Source: Gemmatimonadota bacterium
GTDB lineage: Bacteria > Gemmatimonadota > Gemmatimonadetes > Gemmatimonadales > GWC2-71-9
Assembly: GCA_003222235.1 (NCBI GenBank)
Contig: QHVD01000193.1
Location: 1-33,288, forward strand
DNA: 33,288 bases
Direction of reading: 5' to 3'
Part shown: piece after piece, positions 1 to 7,607 of the stretch
Position numbering within the stretch: the stretch's first letter is position 1
Layout: each line of letters starts with the position of its first letter
The notes under the pieces: model-generated
Seen by the model: the letters and a program-made list of their open reading frames with translations, nothing else
Databases searched by the model: none
What the model was told of the DNA's origin: nothing
Made by a program: the position numbers and the translations under genes

Positions 1-239
1 CGCTCAGGGTCGCGGTCGACCTGAACGCGGTCCCTCCGCTGGGTATCGAGGGAGTGGATGTGCAGGACGCGGGCGCCGCGAAGGAAGGGGTCACGGTCTT
101 CGGGGCGTTCGGGGTCGGGAACTTCAAGACCAAGCTTCACAAAGCCTGCGTCGCGCGCCTCTTCACGCGGAACGACCTCGTGTTGGACGCGGAGACAATC
201 GCGGACGTGGCGCGGGAACTCGTCGCGCAGCCAGCCTGA
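1..239 (+). CDS. NAD(P)-dependent methylene-tetrahydromethanopterin dehydrogenase (MtdA/MtdB family), C-terminal fragment entering from the left edge
   Basis: Frame 3 is open from the window edge to TGA 237-239. The translation ..NAVPPLGIEGVDVQDAG..FGAFGVGNFKTKLHKACVARLF..DAETIADVARELVAQPA resembles the C-terminus of MtdA/MtdB as I remember it. The H4MPT gene context fits. Confidence 0.55.
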   Translation, partial: LRVAVDLNAVPPLGIEGVDVQDAGAAKEGVTVFGAFGVGNFKTKLHKACVARLFTRNDLVLDAETIADVARELVAQPA

Positions 240-245
240 GCGGCC

Positions 246-1292
246 ATGCCGCGAGTCCTGGGCGTCGACCCCGGCACCGTCAGCGTCGACGTCTGCGGGC
301 TCGACGACGGTACGCTCTGCCTCGACCGCTCCATCCCCACGACCGAAGCGCTCGCTGATCCGGACGCGTTCGTCGCGCTGCTCGCGAGCGCGGGCCCCCT
401 CGACTTGGTCGCCGGCCCGTCGGGCTACGGCCTGCCCCTGATCCCGGCGGCGGCGGCCACCGAGGAGGACTTGAGGCTCGCCTTCCTCGCCGCTCCAGGC
501 GAGGCGGGCGGCATTGGGGGGCTGCGCCATCTCCATGCTGCGCTCGCCCGATCGGGGCTCCCCGTGGTGTACACTCCGGGGGTGATTCACCTGGACACGG
601 TCCCGAGCCATCGCAAGCTGAACCGCGTGGACATGGGCACGGCGGACAAGGTCGCGGTCGCGGCGCTCGGCGCCGCAGACCAATCACAACGGCTCGGCTG
701 CCCGCCAGACGAGACGTCCTTTGTGATGCTCGAGCTGGGCGGCGCGTTCAGCGCGGCGGCTGCGGTACGCGACGGCCGCATCGTGGACGGCCTGGGAGGC
801 ACGAGCGGACCGATCGGCTGGCGCTCGCCCGGCGCGCTCGACGGCGAGGTGGCCTACCTCGCTGGCGAGGTCACGAAGGCGATGCTGTTCCGCGGCGGAG
901 CCCAGTCGGCGGCCGAAGCAGATCCATCGCGCCAGACCCTGGCACTCGACGCGTTCGTCGAAGGAGCGCTGAAGGCGGTGCGGAGCCTCCTCGTGTCGGT
1001 CCCCGCCCCTCGGGAGATCCTGCTGTCGGGACGCGCGCTGGCGGAGCCAGGCGTGCGGGAGCGGCTCGACGCCGGGCTCGAGAGCATCGCGCCCGTACGC
1101 CGGCTGCAGGGATTCGCTCGGGTCGCCAAGGCGGCGGCGCAGGGAGCGGCAATACTCGCCGACGGCCTGGCCGGCGGCCGCTGGCGCGATCTGGTGGACA
1201 CGCTGCGTCTGCGTTCGGCCCGGGGCACGGTGCTCGAGCACCTCGTGGTCATTACCCCCGCTGCAGCGCGCCGCCGACTGGGGCTCAGCTGA
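246..1292 (+). CDS. ASKHA-fold (actin/Hsp70/sugar-kinase-like) protein, DUF1464 / predicted butyrate-kinase-like, of the type found in H4MPT/MFR islands
   Basis: 348-aa ORF with an ATG start. The N-terminus has the LGVDPGTVSVDV phosphate-1 motif. Coding-like composition. Lies 7 nt after the mtd stop. Confidence 0.55.
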   Translation: MPRVLGVDPGTVSVDVCGLDDGTLCLDRSIPTTEALADPDAFVALLASAGPLDLVAGPSGYGLPLIPAAAATEEDLRLAFLAAPGEAGGIGGLRHLHAALARSGLPVVYTPGVIHLDTVPSHRKLNRVDMGTADKVAVAALGAADQSQRLGCPPDETSFVMLELGGAFSAAAAVRDGRIVDGLGGTSGPIGWRSPGALDGEVAYLAGEVTKAMLFRGGAQSAAEADPSRQTLALDAFVEGALKAVRSLLVSVPAPREILLSGRALAEPGVRERLDAGLESIAPVRRLQGFARVAKAAAQGAAILADGLAGGRWRDLVDTLRLRSARGTVLEHLVVITPAAARRRLGLS

Positions 1293-2328
1293 CGCTGCGC
1301 TGCGCCAGCCAGGCAACCGCAACGGCGGGCGCGCAGTCCGTAACCCTGTCTCGCTCGGCCTGTTTGGCCGGCACCAAGCATCCGAAATCGACGCATTGGC
1401 GGCCCTGACGGCGGGCCAGCTCCGCCGCCACGAACCGGCCCACGCCGGCGACGGCAACGGGTACGTCATCGGCGAGAACCTCGCGCGACAGCAGGCGCTC
1501 CCACCCATCCTCAATGCGTCTCGACTGCGCCCGTGCGAGCCAACCCGCCGCCCGCTGCCAGGCGGCGAGCGGCGCCGACTCGACGTCGCGCCCGATCATG
1601 CGCGCCAGGCGCCGCGCGCTACCCGCGACACTCTTCTCTCCGCCGTCCGCCGCCGGATGTTGGTCGGCGCCCTCGGGCAACTGCCCCGTGAGCCGGTAGA
1701 CGTCGGCCGCCGTCGCGAAGTGCTCGGCCATCATGGGTAGCCACTCACCCCCGAAGGGAACCCGTTCGGCGAGAGCGATGACCGGGGTGCGGACCACTCC
1801 GGTATAGAGCAGCTCCCCGGCGCGCAGACGCTCCGCATCGTCGCCGCCGCGCGCCAAGACCCGCCCGCCGCGCACGGCCACGAGGTCCGTCGTCGTGCTC
1901 CCGATGTCGACGAACAGCGCCGCCTCCACTCGGGCGGCGACGACCGCCGCGCTCGCCATCCAGTTGGCCGAGCCGATCCGCGAAGCCGCGGCAGCCGTCC
2001 GGCCCGCATCTACGAAGCCGTCCGCGCCGGCGTAGAAGCAAAGCGCAGCATCGGGCAGGCGCTCCCGCAGCGCAGTGACGAGGCGGGCCACGCCTGCGTT
2101 ACGGCTCGGAAACAGATCCACCATCTCTCCGGTGATTGTCACGGCGTGGAGCGGCGCTTGCCCCACGACCGAGAGCACGCGCTCCAACGCCGCGTGCAGA
2201 TGCTCGATCCCCTGCCACAGAGGGCAGGCTACCTGCAGGACACGCTCGACGACACCCGATGCGTCGATCCGCGCGGCCTTCACATGTGCGCCACCTAGAT
2301 CCCACCCGATGACCGGCTCAGTCCCCAC
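1285..2328 (-). CDS. H4MPT-linked C1-transfer pathway protein (hydantoinase/oxoprolinase-like ASKHA fold, orf9-like)
   Basis: 347-aa ORF. N-terminus is VIGWDLGGAHVKAA, and there is a later VDIGSTTTDLV motif typical of the hydantoinase A family. Overlaps the upstream ATP-grasp gene by 11 nt. Confidence 0.7.
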   Translation of the reverse strand: MGTEPVIGWDLGGAHVKAARIDASGVVERVLQVACPLWQGIEHLHAALERVLSVVGQAPLHAVTITGEMVDLFPSRNAGVARLVTALRERLPDAALCFYAGADGFVDAGRTAAAASRIGSANWMASAAVVAARVEAALFVDIGSTTTDLVAVRGGRVLARGGDDAERLRAGELLYTGVVRTPVIALAERVPFGGEWLPMMAEHFATAADVYRLTGQLPEGADQHPAADGGEKSVAGSARRLARMIGRDVESAPLAAWQRAAGWLARAQSRRIEDGWERLLSREVLADDVPVAVAGVGRFVAAELARRQGRQCVDFGCLVPAKQAERDRVTDCAPAVAVAWLAQRSVS

Positions 2329-3325
2329 GATCCGTTTCCAGCGAAAGCGTCACGCTCGTCGTTGCCTCGGGCCTGCGCCAGCCGTCGGCAGCGCCTCCCG
2401 TTCGCAGCAGGTCGAGTACCATCGCCGCCGTGTTGATGTCGAGTGCGCGCCGCAGCCCGCAATAGGAGGTGGTGAGCCGCGGGTTGACTTCCAGGACCAC
2501 CGGGCCCTCCTTCGCCAGCACCAGGTCGACACCGACGTACCCCCAAAGGCCCGGAATCGCCACCGCGATGCGCTCCGCCAACTCTGCGAGGCGTCCCGCC
2601 TGATCGGCGACGCCGTTGACCGTTATCCCCGCGAGCGCCGGGCGCCCGTCCGTGATGCGGACGTGCTGCCGATTGCACGAGAGCAACAGCGCGCGGCCCT
2701 CGCAGCACAACAACGACAAGCTCAGCGCACACCCCTCGATCCAGGGCTGCGCGACCAGGTGACCGGAGCGCATGGCGAGGCGATCACTCGCCGCACGCCA
2801 ATCCGGCACGATCACCGCGCCGTCGCACCCCGCCCCGTCGTCAGGCTTGACGATCCAGGGTCCGGGCATCGCGGGGGGGGGCACTGGGTCGCCTTCCCGG
2901 AACGTCGGGACGGTGGGAACGCCCGCCGCGCGCAAGGCGAGGGCGGTAGCGTACTTGCTCGCCGTGAGGCGCACGGCGCCGGGGCGGGAGGCGAGCAGGA
3001 TCTTGCCGAGCTGGAGCGTCTCTCGCGTCAGGCGTTCCAGCGCTCCCTCGGTTTCCGGCGCAATCGGCCAGGCCGCGTCGCCGGCCCGAGCGCCGCGCGC
3101 ATACAACTCGAGCGCGCCCTCCCCGGGCGCGGGGACGATCGCACTGACTCCCGCGAGCGGCGGGAGTCGCGGGTCGCGGCTCGCGAGGACTCGCACGCCG
3201 GGGAGCGGGGTCAGGTCATCGAGCAACGCGCGCAGCATCATATCGCCTTCTCGCGCCAGGCTCGGCGGCAGCGGCTCGGCGACGAGCCCGCCCCCGGACA
3301 CCCATTCGAAGACGAAGATCTTCAC
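2318..3325 (-). CDS. ATP-grasp ligase (MfnD / tyramine-glutamate-ligase-like)
   Basis: 335-aa ORF starting MKIFVFEWVSGGG. Contains WIVKPDDGAGCDG and a C-terminal LEVNPRLTTSY ATP-grasp motif. Confidence 0.6.
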   Translation of the reverse strand: MKIFVFEWVSGGGLVAEPLPPSLAREGDMMLRALLDDLTPLPGVRVLASRDPRLPPLAGVSAIVPAPGEGALELYARGARAGDAAWPIAPETEGALERLTRETLQLGKILLASRPGAVRLTASKYATALALRAAGVPTVPTFREGDPVPPPAMPGPWIVKPDDGAGCDGAVIVPDWRAASDRLAMRSGHLVAQPWIEGCALSLSLLCCEGRALLLSCNRQHVRITDGRPALAGITVNGVADQAGRLAELAERIAVAIPGLWGYVGVDLVLAKEGPVVLEVNPRLTTSYCGLRRALDINTAAMVLDLLRTGGAADGWRRPEATTSVTLSLETDRGD

Positions 3326-3328
3326 CCG

Positions 3329-4249
3329 CTAGCCCACCGCCTCAGTGGGCTTGGCGACGCGCCTCGAGAGAAAGTCGTCGGCCAGGCGCTCGGCAATGTC
3401 GATCCGCGTCACGCTCTGGAGACCTTTCCAGGCCGGCACGCCGTTGACTTCCAGCACCAGCAGTCGACCGTCACGATCGCGTACTAGGTCCACGCCGGCG
3501 TGATCGGCGCCGACGGCGGCGCAGGCGCGGACAGCGAGCCGTGCGAGGTCGGGCTCGAGCGCCGCCGCCTCGCAGCGCCCCCCCTGCGCCACGTTGTTGA
3601 CCCAGGTGGCCCCGCGCCGGACCATGGCCGCGACCGCCACCCCCGCGATGACGAAGACCCGCCAGTCGTGCCAGTCCCCGTCATGCGCGCCGGTTTCGAT
3701 GTACTGCTGGAGGTACCAGACGCCGTTACACTCAGCGGCGTCCGGGATGTCGGTCCCCGGCTCCAGGCAGCGGAGGCCGACACCCTGCGAGCCGAACAAC
3801 GGCTTGACGACGACGGCGTGCCCTGCCGCGGTCTGGCGCAGCAAGAAAGCGCGGGCTCGCGCCGGCGACTCGGTCACGCAGGTGGGCGGTGTGGGTACCC
3901 CTGCGTGACCGAACAGGAAGCTCGTCATCCCCTTGTCCACCGTCCGCTCGATGGCCCGGGCGTCGTTGTAGACCGGAACCCCCAGCTCCCGCAAGGCGTG
4001 CAGCACGTCGAGGCGCAGCACGACTTGCTCCAGCGTTCCAGCCGGAATGCCGCGCACGAAGACACCGTCCGGCACTCGTTTCTCGAACCCAGGGATGAAC
4101 AGCCCGCGGCAGCCGCGGGTCAGATCGATCCTGCAGGCCCGCAGGCTGACGAACTGGACCCTGGCATTACGCGCACCCAACGCCCGCCTCAAGCGCGACC
4201 CGTGCCAGCCCGGGGCGTCGTCAGTGACGATGGCTACATGAAGTGTCAC
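3329..4249 (-). CDS. RimK-type ATP-grasp alpha-L-glutamate ligase (MptN-like, H4MPT or MFR glutamylation)
   Basis: 306-aa ORF with VVVKPLFGSQGVGL and LLVLEVNGVPAWKGL motifs typical of the RimK family. Confidence 0.7.
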   Translation of the reverse strand: MTLHVAIVTDDAPGWHGSRLRRALGARNARVQFVSLRACRIDLTRGCRGLFIPGFEKRVPDGVFVRGIPAGTLEQVVLRLDVLHALRELGVPVYNDARAIERTVDKGMTSFLFGHAGVPTPPTCVTESPARARAFLLRQTAAGHAVVVKPLFGSQGVGLRCLEPGTDIPDAAECNGVWYLQQYIETGAHDGDWHDWRVFVIAGVAVAAMVRRGATWVNNVAQGGRCEAAALEPDLARLAVRACAAVGADHAGVDLVRDRDGRLLVLEVNGVPAWKGLQSVTRIDIAERLADDFLSRRVAKPTEAVG

Positions 4250-5339
4250 GCCGCCGCCTCGATCCCCGTCCGCTCAAGCAGGGCGCACCGCCGACGGACC
4301 AGGGCCACGGCCCGTGCGCGGTCCGACGCCGCAGCATGCACCGTGCATACCGGCTCCCCGGGAGCCACCCACGTTCCCGGGTGGGGGAGGTCGCGGCACC
4401 AGCGCGGAAAGCGGAACGCGGCAGTCACATGCCCGCCGGCGGGCGCGTACACGACCGCGTGCGCTCGCACGGCCCGCGGACGCGCTGTGCGATCGGGAAG
4501 CTCGCCCTCGCAAGCGCGCAGATGCCAGTCGAACAGACCCTGCGGGTAATCCGGATCGTAGAGCTCAACCGTGGCGGTCGGACGGGGGTTCACCTCGAGG
4601 GCGAGCCAGCGACGCCCGCGGAGTAGAAAGTCCAGGCCGTTCAATCCCACCAGCCCCGTGGCGGCCACGAGGGCGTCGAGCTTGGCCCGGAGCTCGGATT
4701 CCACCACCGCCGGCAGCGCTACCCCGCCGACGGCGCCGCCGTACAAGAACGGCAGATCGCGTCGCACGGACGCGGTCCACTGCTCATTGAAGCCGATGAC
4801 CGAGGCACGTCGGCCATCGGCGAGGAACAGCGCAGAGAGGCTGCGGCCATCCGGCGCACATGGGCGCCTCCCGCACCTCCGGGGTGCTTTACCAGCCAAC
4901 CGGCGGGGGCAAGGCGGGCGGGGCGGGCTTGGGGGGGAGGGGGGGCCGTGAAACGCGTCTCGGGATAGCGGATGCCCAAGCGATCGAGCAGGGGAAGGAA
5001 GCGTCGCACATCCTTCACGGCGGCAACTACCGAAGGCTCGTTGCCGTAGAGCCGCCGCCCGCGAGCGAGCCGCCCCAGCAAGCCGGTCCGGCCCTCGAAG
5101 CCGGAGCCGTAGACGAGGCCCGCACAGCGGCCCCAGGGCGCAAGCTCCGCCGCCGCTGCGAGCAGCGCGCGCGTGTCGAATCGCAGTCCCTGTCTCGCCA
5201 CCACAGAGCGGCACCGGCGCGCGAGCCCGCGGGTATCCCGATCCGCGAAACAGTCGAGCACGACCACGGGAATCCCGCTCCGCGCCGCCGACGCCGCGAG
5301 CGCGCGGCCCGTTACCGCAGCGATGAGAAAGGGCTCCAT
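4246..5339 (-). pseudogene. Third ATP-grasp ligase of the island, reading frame interrupted near 4845-4860
   Basis: The N-terminal part, in the frame of ORF 4719..5432, runs from ATG 5339 (MEPFLIAAVTGRALA...WLVKHPGGAGGAHVRR). The C-terminal part, in the frame of ORF 4246..5622, reads DGRSLSALFLADGRRASVIGFNEQW...LDFLLRGRRWLALEVNPRPTAT. The span is 1094 nt, i.e. 3n+2. Confidence 0.6.
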
Positions 5340-5482
5340 GGCGGTGCCGGTCAAACATACGCACCGAGATATCCTTGTCCATGATTCGACCGCGCGCATT
5401 GCCCGTACGTATTCTCGCCGACTTCTCATCACGCATTGCCATATGGGCGGATGGCCACATCTTAGCAGGGTAGAGGAGACTC

Positions 5483-5788
5483 ATGCCGACCATCGTAACG
5501 GGCAACTGCGAGAGATGCCGCTTCACCGACTGCGTGGCCGTGTGCCCCGTCGCGTGCTTCCACGGCGACGACCAGATGCTGTACATCGACAACAACGTCT
5601 GCATCGACTGCGGCGCCTGCATTCCGACCTGTCCGGTGCAGGCGATCTACGAGGAGGCCGACCTGCCGGGCGAGTTGCGGGTCTGGATCGCCATCAACGC
5701 GGAGCGCGCTCCCAATCTCCCGAGCATCACCGAGAAACAGGAGCCGCTGCCGGGGGCGGAGGCGCGCAAAGCCGACCTGGGGTTCTGA
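5483..5788 (+). CDS. fdxA: 7Fe ferredoxin ([3Fe-4S][4Fe-4S], Azotobacter FdI type)
   Basis: 101 aa. Contains [14 protein letters not shown] and [12 protein letters not shown] cysteine motifs. GAGGAG sits 5 nt upstream of the ATG. Confidence 0.85.
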   Translation: MPTIVTGNCERCRFTDCVAVCPVACFHGDDQMLYIDNNVCIDCGACIPTCPVQAIYEEADLPGELRVWIAINAERAPNLPSITEKQEPLPGAEARKADLGF

Positions 5789-5792
5789 TCGG

Positions 5793-7217
5793 ATGAGCGC
5801 CGGCTCGGAGCAGCATCCCCTCAGGGTCGCCATCGTGGGCTCCGGGCCGAGCGGGTTCTACGCCGCGGAAGGCCTGCTCAAATCGGGACGGATGGTTCGC
5901 CTCGACATGTTCGAGCGACTGCCGGCCCCCTTCGGCCTGGTGCGCCACGGGGTGGCCCCCGACCATCCCAAGCTCAAAGAGCCGATCCGCATCTACGACC
6001 GGATCGCCCGCGTCCCCGAGTTCAGGCTCCTCGGCAACGTCACAGTGGGCCGCGACGTGAGCGTCGAGGAGCTGAGAGCGGCTTACCACGCCGTGCTGTT
6101 CTGCTGCGGGGCCGAGAGCGATCGCCGGCTGGGCATCCCCGGCGAGGACCTGCCGGGAAGCCACACGGCGACCGAGTTCGTCGGCTGGTACAACGCGCAC
6201 CCCGACTACCGGGACCGCGAGTTCGATCTCAGCCAGGAAGTGGCTGTCATCATCGGCCAGGGGAACGTCGCCATAGACGTGTGCCGGATCCTGGCGAAGA
6301 CGGTAGACGAGCTCAAGCATACCGACATCGCCGCGCACGCCCTCGAGTGTCTCGCCGCGAGCCGGATCCGGGAGATCCACCTGATCGGACGCCGGGGGCC
6401 CGCGCAGGCCAAGTTCACGACTAAAGAGTTCCGGGAGCTCGGCGAGCTGGCAGACTGCGACCCCGTGGTCGATCCGGCGGACCTGGAGCTCAATACCGAG
6501 AGCCTGGCCGAGCTCGAGGACCGGGCCGGCTCGGTCGCCAAGAAGAACCTGGAGGTGCTCAAAGGGTTCGCCAGCCGGCCCGCCCGCCCAACCCGCCGGC
6601 GGGTGTTCCTGCGGTTCCTACTGAGCCCGGTGGAACTCCTTGACGACGGCGGGGGCGGGGGCGGCGGGGGGCGCCTGGAGCAGGTGGTGTTGGAACGGAA
6701 CCGGCTCGAGGGTGGTCCGTTCCGGCAGACCGCGCGCGCGACGGGGGAACGGCTGACGCTGGCGTGTGGGCTGCTGTTTCGCAGCATCGGGTACAAGGGC
6801 GTCGCCATTCCGGGAGTGCCGTTCGATCCGCGCCAGGGCGTCTTCCCTTCGCGGGACGGCCGCATCGTGGACGAGGCTGGCGCCGTGATCCCGGGGCTGT
6901 ACGCCGCGGGGTGGATCAAGCGCGGCCCCACCGGGATCATCGGCACCAACCGGGCGGACAGCATGGCAACCGTGAATTCGCTGCTCGCCGACCTTCCCAC
7001 CCTGGACACCGGCCCAAAGCTCGGGGCGGAGGGGCTGGCAGGCCTCCGGCCCGGGCAGGGACCGCGGGTGGTGAGCTACGCCGACTGGCTCGTCATCGAC
7101 GGGGCGGAGGTGCAGCGCGGAGCGTCCAAGGGCAAGCCGCGGGAGAAGTTCACTCGCGTCGCGGAGATGCTGCGGCTGCTGGACCGCCCCTTTCGTGAGA
7201 AGCCGACAGAGCCATAA
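5793..7217 (+). CDS. fprA: FprA / adrenodoxin-reductase-type NADPH:ferredoxin oxidoreductase
   Basis: 474 aa. Has [14 protein letters not shown] (FAD site), [31 protein letters not shown] (NADP site) and [14 protein letters not shown]. Close in pattern to mycobacterial FprA. The start is 4 nt after the fdxA stop. Confidence 0.85.
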   Translation: MSAGSEQHPLRVAIVGSGPSGFYAAEGLLKSGRMVRLDMFERLPAPFGLVRHGVAPDHPKLKEPIRIYDRIARVPEFRLLGNVTVGRDVSVEELRAAYHAVLFCCGAESDRRLGIPGEDLPGSHTATEFVGWYNAHPDYRDREFDLSQEVAVIIGQGNVAIDVCRILAKTVDELKHTDIAAHALECLAASRIREIHLIGRRGPAQAKFTTKEFRELGELADCDPVVDPADLELNTESLAELEDRAGSVAKKNLEVLKGFASRPARPTRRRVFLRFLLSPVELLDDGGGGGGGGRLEQVVLERNRLEGGPFRQTARATGERLTLACGLLFRSIGYKGVAIPGVPFDPRQGVFPSRDGRIVDEAGAVIPGLYAAGWIKRGPTGIIGTNRADSMATVNSLLADLPTLDTGPKLGAEGLAGLRPGQGPRVVSYADWLVIDGAEVQRGASKGKPREKFTRVAEMLRLLDRPFREKPTEP

Positions 7218-7234
7218 CTAGCTATACTTCGCCA

Positions 7235-7594
7235 ATGGCGGAGATTATGACGTTGATCGGAGGGCGCTCCAGCAAGCAGGGCACGACGCTGTGCGCCAGC
7301 AAGCTGGGGGCGGCGTACGCCGAGATCTCCTCGACCCTGGAGATGAACGTCGAGGACATGGCGCGCCTGGGACTCAGCAACAACAGCAAGGTGAGATTGC
7401 GCACGCCGGCGGGCGAGGCCATCCTGCGATGCAAGGGTCGGGAGACGAAGGATCTGCCGCCCGGAATTCTGTTCATGACGTACGGACCGCTGTCGAGCCA
7501 ACTGATGGCGGGTGACACAGCCGGCAGCGGCATGCCGATTTCCAAGAATCTGGACGTCGAGGTCGAGCCAGTCCGGGACGAGAACGGGCCTTGA
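7235..7594 (+). CDS. fwdD: Formylmethanofuran dehydrogenase subunit D (small molybdopterin-dinucleotide-binding beta-barrel)
   Basis: 119 aa. Contains LIGGRSSKQG..EMNVEDMARLGL..KVRLRT..GILFMTYGP..AGSGMP, the FwdD/FmdD pattern. Sits immediately upstream of fwdB. Confidence 0.75.
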   Translation: MAEIMTLIGGRSSKQGTTLCASKLGAAYAEISSTLEMNVEDMARLGLSNNSKVRLRTPAGEAILRCKGRETKDLPPGILFMTYGPLSSQLMAGDTAGSGMPISKNLDVEVEPVRDENGP

Positions 7595-7607
7595 GGAGGG
7601 TCGGGTG

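Noticed and set aside
4903-4948. Dense G-tract cluster (GGGGG..GGG..GGGG..GGG..GGGGGGG..GGGGGGG) with G-quadruplex potential on the strand antisense to the ATP-grasp gene.
   Set aside because: It simply encodes a Pro/Ala-rich linker (APPPPQARPARLAP) on the coding strand. Such tracts are frequent at this GC content, and there is no independent evidence of function.
5395-5440. 9-nt direct repeat CGCATTGCC (5395-5403 and 5432-5440) and a CCATATGG palindrome in the divergent region upstream of fdxA, as possible regulator sites.
   Set aside because: The chance expectation for a 9-mer repeat in a ~140-nt region is not negligible, and I cannot test conservation. This is recorded as a possibility only. 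No convincing -35/-10 pair was found here.
4246-5622. The 458-aa ORF could be read as a single intact gene.
   Set aside because: Its N-terminal ~250 residues are low-complexity Arg/Pro/Ala sequence. The true N-terminal ATP-grasp half is in the frame of ORF 4719..5432, so it is annotated as one frameshifted gene starting at 5339.
6645-6676. Poly-glycine run ([11 protein letters not shown]) inside FprA, encoded by a GGC/GGG tract.
   Set aside because: It lies in a loop that is variable in FprA-type reductases, and the frame is maintained. It is probably a tolerated low-complexity expansion. It is noted only because it is an error-prone homopolymer region.
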